From Mobula birostris (Eukaryota), in NCBI RefSeq assembly GCF_030028105.1, contig NC_092370.1:35660643-35724642 (forward strand): 64,000 bases of DNA. Direction: 5' to 3'. This document shows, piece after piece, positions 53,851 through 64,000 of this stretch (position 1 is its first letter; every line of letters starts with the position of its first letter). The notes below the pieces were generated by a model. The model made no database searches, was not told the origin of the DNA, and saw only the letters and a program-made list of their open reading frames with translations. The translations under genes and the position numbers were made by a program.

Positions 53851-55907
53851 ACCAACATTCCCTCTAATTTTTTTTACAGCCGTGCAAACCAACCATTGCT
53901 CTGAGGAGGGAATTTTTATACTGACTAAAAACTAAGTGGCACTTTTCTTTTGTAATATGCATACTCTGAATACTTAGAGTGAAAATTGAAAAATCACTTA
54001 TTTTTAAGTTTATTAATTGAAGGGTATAATGAAATGTAGTACAACAAAAAATCTTTCCCGTTTTGTATTATTATTTTAGCTGCATGCAATTCCAGCATTT
54101 TCTTAACTCTACCCACAAGGATTCTATGTCTTCTGATCCTATGTCAACTCTGTCTAAGGATTTGATTAATTGTTTACAAGGTATATCTGGGAGGGCACCA
54201 TCTACTTGAATGTCCTAATAGTTGTATAGATACATAGAAAACCTGCAGCACAATACAGGCCCTTCAGCCCTCAAAATTGTGCCGAATATGTCCCTACCTT
54301 AGAAATTACTAGGGTTACCCATAGCTCTCTAATTTTCCAAGCTCCATGCACCTATCCAAAAGTCTCTTAAAAGACCCTATCGTATCCGCCTCCACCACCA
54401 TTGCCGGCAGCCGAATCCGCACATTCACCACTCTCTGAGTAAAAAAAAAACTTAACCCTGACATCTCCTCTGTACCTACTCCCCAGCACCTTAAACCTGT
54501 GTCCTTTTGTGGCAACCATTTCAGCCCTGGGAAAAAGCCTCTGACTATCCACACGATCAATGCCTCGCATCTTATACACCTCCATCAGGTCACCTCTCAT
54601 CCTCCGTCACTCCAAGGAGAAAAGGCCGAGTTCACTCAACCTGTTTTCATAAGGCATGCTCCCCAATCCAGGCAACATCATTGTAAATCTTCTGTGCACC
54701 CATTTTATGGTTTCCACATCCTTCCTGTAGTGAGGCGACCAGAACTGAGCATAGTACTCCAAGTGGGGTCTGACCAGGGTCCTATCTAGCTGCAACATTA
54801 CCTCTCGGCTCCTAAACTCAATCCCGCGGTTGATGAAGGCCAATACACCGTATGCCTCCTTAACCACAGAGTCAACCTGTGCAGCTACTTTGAGCGTCCT
54901 ATGGACTCAGACCCCGAGATCCCTCTGATCCTCCACGCTGCCAAGAGTCTTACCATTAATTCTGCCATCATATTTGGCCTACCAAAATGAACCACTTCAC
55001 ACTTATCTGGGTTGAACTCCATCTGCCACTTCTCAGCCCAGTTTTGCATCCTATCAATGCCCCACTGTAACATCTGACAGCCCTCCACACTATCCACAAT
55101 ATCTCCGACCTTTGTATCATCAGCAAACTTACTAACCCATCCCTCCACTTCCTCATTCAGGTCATTTATAGAAATCACAAAGTGAAAGGGTCCCAGAACA
55201 GATCCCTGAGGCACTCCACTGGTCACCGACCTCCATGCCGAATATGACCCATCTACAACCATTCTTTGCCTTCTGTGGGCAAGCCAGTTCTGGATCCACA
55301 AAGCAATGTCCCCTTGGATCTCATGCCTCCTTACTTTCTCAATAAGCCTTGCATGGGGTACCTTATCAAATGCCTTGCTGAAATCCATATACACTACATC
55401 TACTGGTCTACCTTCATCAATGTGTTTAGTCACATCCTCAAAAAAATTCATTCAGGCTCGTGAGGCACGACCTGCACTTGACAAAGCCATGCTGACTATT
55501 CCTAATCATACAGTATTATACCTCTCCAAATGTCCGTAAATCCTGCCTCTCAGGATCTTCTCCATCAACTTATCAACCACTGAAGTAAGACTCACTGGTC
55601 TATAATTTCCTGGGCTATCTCTACTCCCTCCTTGAACATCCTTTAATCCTCTGGAACCTCTCCCAACCCCATTGATGATTCAAAGATCATCGCCAGAGGC
55701 TCAGCAATCTCCTCCTTCACCTCCCACAGTGCCCTGGGGTACATTTCATCCAGTCGCAGCGACTTGTCCAACTTGATGCTTTCCAAAAGCTCCAGCACAT
55801 CCTCTTTCTTAATATCTACATGCTCAAGCTTTTCAGTCTGCTGCAAGTCATCACTGCAATCACCAAGATCCATTTCCACAGTGAATACTGAAGTAAAGTA
55901 TTCATTA

Positions 55908-57223
55908 CGCAAACACGAGAAATTCTGCAGATGCTGTAAATTCAAGCAACACACATCAAAGTTGCTGGTGAATGCAGCAGGCCAGGCAGCACCTCTAGGA
56001 AGAGGTACAGTTGTCGTTTTGGGCTGAGACCCTTCGTCAGGACTAACTGAAGGAAGAGCTAGTAAGAGTTTTGAAAGTGGGAGGGGGAGATCCAAAATGA
56101 TAGGAGAAGACAGGAGGGGGAGGGATGGAGCCAAGAGCTGGACAGTTGATTGGCAAAAGGGATATGAGAAGATCATGGGACAGGAGGCCCAGGGAGAAGG
56201 AAAAGGGGAAGGGGGGAAACCCAGAGGATGGGCAAGGGGTATAGTCAGAGGGACAGAGGGAGAACCTCCAACGGGATCTCACCACTAAGCACATCTTTCC
56301 CTCCCCCCTTCTCTCTGCTTTCCGCAGGGATCGCTCCCTACGCGACTCCCTTGTCCATTCGTCCCCCCCATCCCTCCCCACTGTTCTCCCTCCTGGCACT
56401 TATCCTTGTAAGCAGAACAAGTGCTACACATGCCCTTACAGTTCCTCCCTTACCACCATTCAGGGCCTCAGACAGTCCTTCCAGGTGAGGCGACACTTCA
56501 CCGGTGAGGTGACACTTCACCTGTGAGTCGGCTGGGGTGATATACTGCGTCCCGTGCTACCGACGTGCCTTCTATATATTGGCGAGACCCGACGCAGACT
56601 GGAAGATTGTTTTGCTGAACACCTACGCTCTGTCCACCAGAGAAAGCAGGATCTCCCAGTGGCCACATATTTTAATTCCACACCCCATTCCCATTCTGAT
56701 ATGTCTATCCACGGCCTCCTCTACTGTCAAGATGAAGTCACACTCAGGTTGGAAGAACAATACCTTATATTCTGTCTGGGTAGCCTCCAACCTGATGGCA
56801 TGAACATTGACTTCTCTAACTTCCGCTAATGCCCCACCTCCCTCCGGTACCCCATCGGTTATTTATTTATATACACACATTCTCTCTCTCTCTCCTTTTT
56901 CTCCCTCTACCCCTCTGACTATACCGCTTGCCCATCCTCTGGTTTTTCTCCCCCCCTCCCCCTTTTCCTTCTCCCTGGGCCTCCTGTCCCATGATCCTCT
57001 CATATCCCTTTTGCCTATCACCTGTCCAGCTCTTGGCTCCATCCCTCCCCTCCTGTCTTCTATCATTTTGGATCTCCCCCTCCCCCTCCCACTTTCAATC
57101 TCTTACTAGCTCTTCCTTCAGTTAGTCCTGACGAAGGGCCTTGGCCGGAAACGTCGACTACACCTCTTCCTAGAGATGCTGCCTGGCCTGCTGCGTTCAC
57201 CAGCAACCTTGATGTGTATTGCT
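55908..57223. mobile_element. Neptune-like Penelope insertion with inverted terminal repeats
   Basis: TSD TAAAG(T/A)ATTCATTA at 55894-55907 and 57224-57237; GIY-YIG (LLYIGETRRRL) on +; ~320-bp inverted arms. Confidence 0.92.
57124..57159 (+). ncRNA. Minimal hammerhead motif (core intact, stem II base mismatched)
   Basis: AGTC-CTGACGA-A-GGGCCTTGGCCG-GAAA-CGTC-GACT. Confidence 0.6.
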
Positions 57224-59159
57224 TAAAGAATTCATTAAGTACCTCTGCTATTTCCTCTGGTTCCACACACGCTTTCCCACTGTCACATTTGATTGGTCCT
57301 ATTCTTTCACATCTTATCCTCTTGCTCTTCACATAGTTGTAGAATGCCTTGGAGTTTTCCTTAATCCTGCCCGCCAAGGCCTTCTCATGGCCCCTTCTGG
57401 CTCTCCTAATTTCCTCCTTAAGCTCCTTCCTGTTAGCCTTATAATCTTCTAGATCTCTAACATTACCTAGCTCTCTGAACCTTCAGTAAGCGTTTCTTCT
57501 TGACTAGATTTATTACAGCCTTTGTACACCACGGTTCCTGTACCCTACCATAACTTCCCTGTTTCATTGGAACGTACCTATGCAGAACACCACACAAATA
57601 TCCCCTGAACATTTGCCACATTTCTTCCGTACTTCTCCCCGAGAACATCTGTTTCCAATTTAAACTTCCAAGTTCCTGACTGATAGCCTCATAATTCCCC
57701 TTAGTCCAATTAAACGCTTTTCTAACTTGTCTGTTCCTATCTCTCTCCAATGCTATTGTAAAGGAGATAGAATTATGATCACTATCTCCAAAATGCTCTC
57801 CCACTGGTCTGACACCTGACCAGGTTCATTTCCCAATACCAGATCAAGTACAGTCTCTCCTCTTGTAGGCTTATCTACATATTGTGTCGAGAAACCTTCC
57901 TGAACACACCTAACAAACTCTACCCCATCTAAACCCCTTGCTGTAAGGAGATGCCAGTCGATATTTGGGGAAATTAAAATCTCCTATTATGACAACTCTA
58001 TTATTATTGTTACACCTTTCCAGGGTTTGTTTCCCTATCTGCTCCTCGATATCTCTGTTACTATTGGGCGGCCTATTTAAAAAAAAACACCCAGTAAGTT
58101 ATTGACCACTTCCTGTTCCTAACCTCCACCCACAGAGCCTCCGTAGACAATCTGTCCATGACGTCCACCTTTTCTGCGACTGTGATGCTATCTCTGATCA
58201 ACAGTGCCACGCCCTCACCTCTTTTGCCTCCCTTTCTGAAACACCTAAAACCCGACACTTGAAGTAACAATTCCTGTCCCTGAGCATCCAAGTCTCTGTA
58301 ATGGCCACCACATCGTAGCTCCAAGAACTGATCCATGCTCTAAGCTCATCCGCTTTGTTCACAGTACTCCTTGCGTTTAAAATGGACACATCAAAAACTG
58401 TCTGTCTGAGCGCATCCCCTCTCTATCACCTGCCTATCCTCCATCACACACTGTCTCCAAGCTTTCTCTATTTGTGAGCCAACCACCTCTTCCCCAGTCT
58501 CTTCAGTTCGGTTCCCACCCCCCAACATTCTAGTTTAAACTCTCCCCGGTAGCCTTAGCAAACCTCCCCGCCAGGATATTGGTTCCCCTGGGATTTAAGT
58601 GCAACCCGTCCTTTTTGTACAGATCACTCCTGGCCCAAAAGAGGTCCCAATGATCCAGAAATCTGAATCCCTGCCACGCATTTATCCTCCACCTCATTGT
58701 ATTCCTGTACTCACTGTCACGTGGCACAGGCAGTACTCCTGAGATTACTACCTTTGTGGTCCTGCTTCTCAACTTCCCTCCTAACTCCCTGTAGTCTTTT
58801 TTCAGGACCTCTTCCCTTTTCCTGCCTATTTCATTGGTACCAATATGTACCATGACCTCTGGCTGTTCTCCTTCCCACTGCAGGATATCTTGGACGCGAT
58901 CTGAAACATCCCTGACCCTGGCACCTGGGAAGATTGTAGTTGTAATGCTATAAACAGTGTTTTATCAGCAGGTTGTATTGAATGGTACTGAATATTTGGC
59001 CTTGAACAAATTGTCTACCATTTCGAGGATTTGAGCAACAGCCAATTGAAGATGAGGAACGACAGAAGAGGTGACTCTCACAGTTTGAGTTTGCATTAAA
59101 AAAGCACCACTCTGCGGGAGTTTTGACATTCGAGCAGCAGCCAATGAGAGATTGGGATT

Positions 59160-59520
59160 CATTTGTTATGTGCCGTATTGTATGACATGAGTAATCATGG
59201 TCTTTCTATGACGATGATTGTTCTTGGCAAGTTTTTCTGCAGAAGTGGTTTGCTATTGCTTTCTGGACTGTGTCTTTACATGATGAATGACCTCCAGTCT
59301 TCAGAGGTCATATCACCAGCCCTGGATGTGCAATCACTAATACCAGGCAGATAACCATCCACCACCTGCTCCATGACTTTGTGTGTCATGACCCTGATTC
59401 AGGGGTTGCGGGGCGTGGGTAAGCAGATGCACGCCTTGCCGAACAGTGACCTGCAGGCTGACGGAGGGAAGGAGCGCCTTACACTTCCTTTGGTAGAGAC
59501 GTATCTCCACCCCACCACCC
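59160..59520 (-). mobile_element. Probable RTE-related short retroposon
   Basis: GAAGTGGTTTGCTATTGC motif and ...GGCACATAACAAAT tail (minus strand) resemble RTE/BovB-type ends. Confidence 0.45.
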
Positions 59521-59544
59521 CTGGGATTCATTAGCAAGAGCAAC

Positions 59545-62543
59545 GAAACATAGGCAGGTGCAAGCTGAGTGGCCTTTGTTGGAGTGGAGAATGGTCGAGT
59601 GGAGACGTGATGCTTTAACTCTTCAAGACTTCAGCGAGGGGAGGCTTGAGTGAGAGAAGCTGCAGGGAGATTTTTCCCTTAGTTTGTTTATTGTTTGCTT
59701 CCTTTATAATTACACAGTTAGAGCAGTAGGGATGCCAGGCAGGGTGGTTGAATGCTCCTGTTGCAGGGATATGGGAAGGCACGGAAGCCACCTGTGTCTG
59801 TGATGACTTCACCTGCAAATAGAGCATCCTCTGCACCGTACGCCGGTTTAATATTGACAAAATTCTTGCGGACCGGCTGACGGGGCGGGAGGGGGTGGGT
59901 GGTGTTCAAGTTCAACAGTGTGTGACAGAGAATGAGGAAAGGTGCAGCTGACTCGTATTGTTTCATATTGCCAAATCATATCGTTTCCTCGCGGCCCAGT
60001 AGCACACGCTTTGCGGCCCGGTGTTTGGGGACCACTGCTCTGCAGCTTCCAACACTCAGCAATAAGGAGCTGGAGCTGGAACTGGATGAACTCCGGCAGG
60101 CTGAGGAGATGGTAGGACATAGAGAGGTAGTTGCACCCAAGGTGCTGGACACAGGAAACTGGGTGGTGGTTAGGAGGGTAAATGGGGTGAAACAGCCAGT
60201 GCTTATTGTCCTTGTGGCCATCCTCCTCAATATAGGTTTTCCACTTTGGATTCTGTTTGGGGTGGGGGGGGTGGGGAACTTCCCTAGCAGATGAAAGTCG
60301 GGACTTTGGCACTGGTTCTGGCTCTGTGGCTTTGAAAGGAAGGGGGGAATAAAGGTCCGCTGGTGATTGGGGATTCACTAGCTAGGGAAACAGGTTGTTT
60401 TTTTTGTGGAGTTTCTGTGGACGAGTGCAAAATACCCAAATGGTATGTTGCCTCCCAGGTGCCAAGGCCTGGGACATCACAGATTGAGTCCCTGAGAGGG
60501 TGAGCAGCCAGAGGTTGTGGTCCTCATTGGTACCAGTGACATGAGTAGGAAGAGTGACTGGGTTCTATAAAGTGAGTTCAGGCAGTTAGGTGCTAAGTTT
60601 AAGGTCTGGACCTCCAGGGTTGTGATACCAGGATTGCTACCTGTGCCACGTGCTAATGAGGCCAGAAATAGCAAGAGCATGCAGTTCAACAGGTGGGTAA
60701 GCTGTTGGTATAGGAGGGGAGACTTCAGAATTTTGCATCTTGGGACTTGTGCAGAAGAAATAGTTCGCACCTAAACTGTAGTGGCACTAATATCTTAGCT
60801 GGAAGGTTTGCCAGTACTGCATGGGGATGGGGTTCAAGCTAGAATTGCAGGGGGGTGGGAACTTCCAGATGGTGGAGTGGTCGTGGAGACATGTTAAAAC
60901 CTCAGACAGAGTCAGGAGTCATTAGGTTGAGCATGGGGGACTAGTGTTCTGAGTTGCATATATTTCAATGCAAGTATGTAGGAAAGGCAGATGAGCTCAG
61001 GGGATGGATCAGCACTTGCAATTATGATATTGTAGCCATTAGTGACACTTAGTTGCAGGAGGGGCAGGACTGGCAGCTCTATATTCTAGGGTTCCATTGT
61101 TTTACTTATGATAGAACGGGAGGAATTAAAAGGGGAGGAGGGACATTACTGGTCAGGGAAAATGTCATAGCAGTTTTCAGTCAGGACAGATTGGGGAGAT
61201 TGATTAGTGAGGCTTTACAAGTAGAACTGAGGAATAAGAAATGTATGGCCATGCTAATAGGGCTACATTACAGACCACCCAATAGTCCATGGGATTTAGA
61301 GGAACGAATTTGTAGAAAGATCACAAACTGTTGCAAGAAGCATTAGGATGTGATAGTAGGTGATTTTAACATTTCACGTATTGATTGGGACTCCCATAAA
61401 AGGACTAGGTGGGATAGTTTGTCAAATGTGTTTGGGAAAAATGTGTTTGACAATAAGGTATAAAATAGAGTTTCCTTCATCAGTGTGTAGAAGTCCCAAT
61501 AAGAGGGTGTGCAATAATTGATCTGTTAGGGAACGAGACAGGGCAGGTGATAGGAGTTTATATAGGGGAATTCTTTGTATCTAGTGACCAGAATGGCATT
61601 AGTTTCAAAGTAAATATGCAAAAAGAGAGGTCTGGTCCTCGGGTTGAGATTCTAAATTGGAGAAGGGCCAATGTTGATGGTATCAGAAAGGATCTGGCAA
61701 GTGTGGATGTACTTGGTAAGTGGGAGGCCTTCAAAAATGAAATTTTGAGAGTACAAAGCTTGTATGTGCCTGTCAGAACAATAGGCAATAATAGGTTTAG
61801 GGAACCTTGGTTTTTGAGAAAGATTGAGGCCCTGGTTAGGAAAAAAAGGGGGAGCATGGCAGGTAAAAACAAATGAGATACTTGTGGAGTATAAGAGATG
61901 GAAGAGGGCACTTAAAGAAATCAGGAGGCTGACAGAAATCATGAGGTTGCTCTAGTGGACAAGGTGAAGGAGAATCTTAAGGGGTTCTGCAGATGTGTTA
62001 AGAGCAAAAAGATTACAAAGGACAAAATTGGCCCTCTGGAAGATCAGAATGGTAATGTATGCATGGAGCCAAAGAGATGGGGAGATCTTTAATGAATTAC
62101 TTTGCATCTGTATTTCCTCGGAAGATGGACGCAGAGTCTACAGAAGTGAGCAAAGCAGCAGAGAGCTCTTTGGCCCTGTACAGATTAAAGGAGGAGGTGT
62201 TTGTTATCTTGAGGCAAATTAATGTGGATAAATCCCCAGGGCCTGACGAAGTGTTCCCTCAGACCCTGTGGAAGCCAAGTGCAGAAATTGCAGGGACCCT
62301 AGCAGAGATATTTAAATCAGCCTCAGCTACTGGTGAGGTACCAGAGAATTGTATAAAATGTTGGTGGGGCCCAATTTGGAGTATTGTGTGCAGTTTTGGT
62401 CACCTATCTGCAGGAAAGATGTAAAAGTTATAAGGAAAGATTAATTAGGTTAGAGTTTATTCCTTACAGCATAGAAAATAGAGGGGGGATTTGATAGAGG
62501 TATACAAACTTATGAAGGGTATAGATAGGGTAAATGAAAGCAG
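59545..62543 (+). mobile_element. CR1 LINE with 5'UTR, ORF1 (Zn finger + esterase) and ORF2 with a large internal deletion
   Basis: VECSCC.IWE, IGDS, LPGA, IGTSD; YRPPNS; jumps from GEVPEN to the [10 protein letters not shown] region at ~62350. Confidence 0.9.
59830..60037. mobile_element. hAT-Charlie MITE (same family as 18360-19148) in CR1 ORF1
   Basis: Shares TTGACAA.ATTCTTGCGGAC.GGCTGAC, GAGGAAAGGTGCAGCTGAC and the TTGGGGACCACTG end; left TIR missing. Confidence 0.8.
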
Positions 62544-63787
62544 TAAACACAAAATACTCTGCAGATGCTGGGGTCAAAGCAACACTCGCAACATGCTGGA
62601 GGAACTCAGCAGGTTGGACAGCATCCATGGAAGCGATCAGTCAACGTTACGGGCCGGAACCCTTCGTCAGGACTGAAGAGGGAAGGGGCATGGTCCCCAG
62701 CTATGCCTGCCTCTTCGTTGGTTATGTGGAACGGTCTGTGCTCCAAACCTATTCTGATACTGCTCCCCAACATTTCCTTCACTACATTGACGACTACATT
62801 GGTGCTGCTTCCTGCACCTATGCTAAGCTTGTCAAGTTCATCGACTTTACTTCAAACTTCCACCCAGCCCTCAAATTCACTTGGTCTATCTCAGACACTG
62901 CTCTCCCCTTTCTCGATCTCTTGGTCTCCATCTCTGGAGACAGACTGTCCACTGACATCTTCTACAAGCCCACTGGCTTTCATAACTACCTCGACTATAC
63001 CTCTTCCCACCCCACCACATGCAAAAATGCCATTCCCTATTCCCAGTTCCTCCATCTCCGCCGCATCTGCTCCGAGGATGAGGTTTTCCGTTCCAGGAGA
63101 TCTCAAATGTCCTCTTTCTTTAAGGATCGTGGTTTCCCTTCTGCTGTCAATAATGATGCCCTCACCCGCACCTCCTCCATTTCCCGCACGTCAGCCCTCA
63201 CCCCATCCTCCTGCCAGCACAACAGGGACAGAGTTCCCCTTGTCCTCACCTACCATCCCACCAGCCTCTGGATCCAGCACATTATCCTCCGCAACTTCCG
63301 CCACCTTCAACAGGACCCCACCGCTAAGCACATCTTTCCCTCTCCACCCCTCCCCGCTTTCTGCAGGGATCGGTCCCTCTGCGACTCCCTGGTCCACACG
63401 TCCCTCCCCACGGATCTCCCACCTGGCACTTATCCCTGTAAGCGCAAGTGCTACACCTGTCCCTACACCTCCTCTCTTGCCACCATTCAGGGCCCCAAGC
63501 AGTCCTTCTAGGTGAGTCAACACTTCACTTGTGAGTCTGTTGGGGTCATCTATTGCATCCAGTGCTCCTGGTGCGGCCTCCTCTACATCAGTGAAACCCG
63601 ACGCAGATTGGGGGACCGCTTCGTCGAGCACCTCCACTCTGTCCGCCACAACAGACAAGACCTCCTGGTTGCTACCCACTTCAACTCCGCTTCACATTCC
63701 CATTCGGATATGTCCATACATGGCCTCCTCTACTGCCATGATGAGGCCAAACTCAGGTTGGAGGAGCAATACCTCATATACTGTGTC
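62544..63787 (+). mobile_element. Neptune-like Penelope (second subfamily): inverted terminal repeat + RT/GIY-YIG
   Basis: Minus-strand end with hammerhead at 62544-62685. On +: PSYACLFVG..YIDD..YPCKRKCYTCPY, one TAG, then VIYCIQC..LLYISET. Confidence 0.92.
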
Positions 63788-64000
63788 CAGCAACTCGTTA
63801 TTGAAACACATCGTTCCTTCTCGAGTAGTAATGTCTCTTATGATGGGAAATTTGACTTGTAAACAGTTTTATTTGTTCCTTTGAACTTCGATATACTGTC
63901 GTTGGTGCATGCGTTCCCTACTTGATTGAAGTCATACTAATTTGTGAATGATGCTGGAAATTTGCCGTCCTACAGCACCTTGCTTGTGTGAAGATCATTC

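Larger units (their letters stand above)
54227..58930 (-). mobile_element. Long CR1 LINE (ORF1 esterase + ORF2), split by a Penelope insertion
   Basis: VHIGTNE...DGLHLN (ORF1), NARS..NKADEL, GVPQGSVLGP, KFADDTK. Possible TSD TAGTTGTA at 54219-54226 and 58937-58944. Confidence 0.95.

Noticed and set aside
58930-59545. Head-to-head CR1 pair as a bidirectional promoter or composite element
   Set aside because: The left copy is 5'-truncated with its own probable TSD; these are independent insertions.
63509-63511. In-frame stop between linker and GIY-YIG as possible recoding or selenocysteine
   Set aside because: It is TAG, not TGA, and other copies have CAG, so it is an ordinary C>T mutation.
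62565-63515. 316-aa Pro/Ser/Thr-rich ORF overlapping the Penelope RT
   Set aside because: Alternative frame of C-rich retroelement DNA; low stop frequency is compositional.

Overview
Repeat-dense, non-coding vertebrate DNA. The repeat set (CR1, Rex1/Babar, L2, fish-type L1, V-domain HE1-like SINE, Deu-domain SINE, Penelope-like elements, hAT, Tigger, solo LTRs) points to a cartilaginous fish, probably a ray (inference). I found no host protein-coding exon I can support: every recognisable ORF is a decayed transposon fragment. The window reads like a long intron or intergenic tract, and T/G skew hints at a + strand transcript. The main structural signal is a set of Penelope-like (GIY-YIG) retroelement insertions carrying minimal type-I hammerhead ribozyme motifs (about 8 copies, 3 with intact CUGANGA and GAAA cores). 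They are arranged as inverted repeats, and three have 14-17 bp target-site duplications (TSDs). One is a ~190 bp fold-back mini-element with 61-bp arms around a hammerhead. Hammerheads in Penelope elements are known biology; what may be new is the insertion architecture. Also present: a ~1.1 kb CpG-retaining unique region (candidate promoter/enhancer/exon), a twin-primed L1, a 113-bp local duplication at a CR1 5' junction, and several nested insertions. Coordinates were read by eye; ends not anchored by a TSD or terminal inverted repeat (TIR) are approximate.
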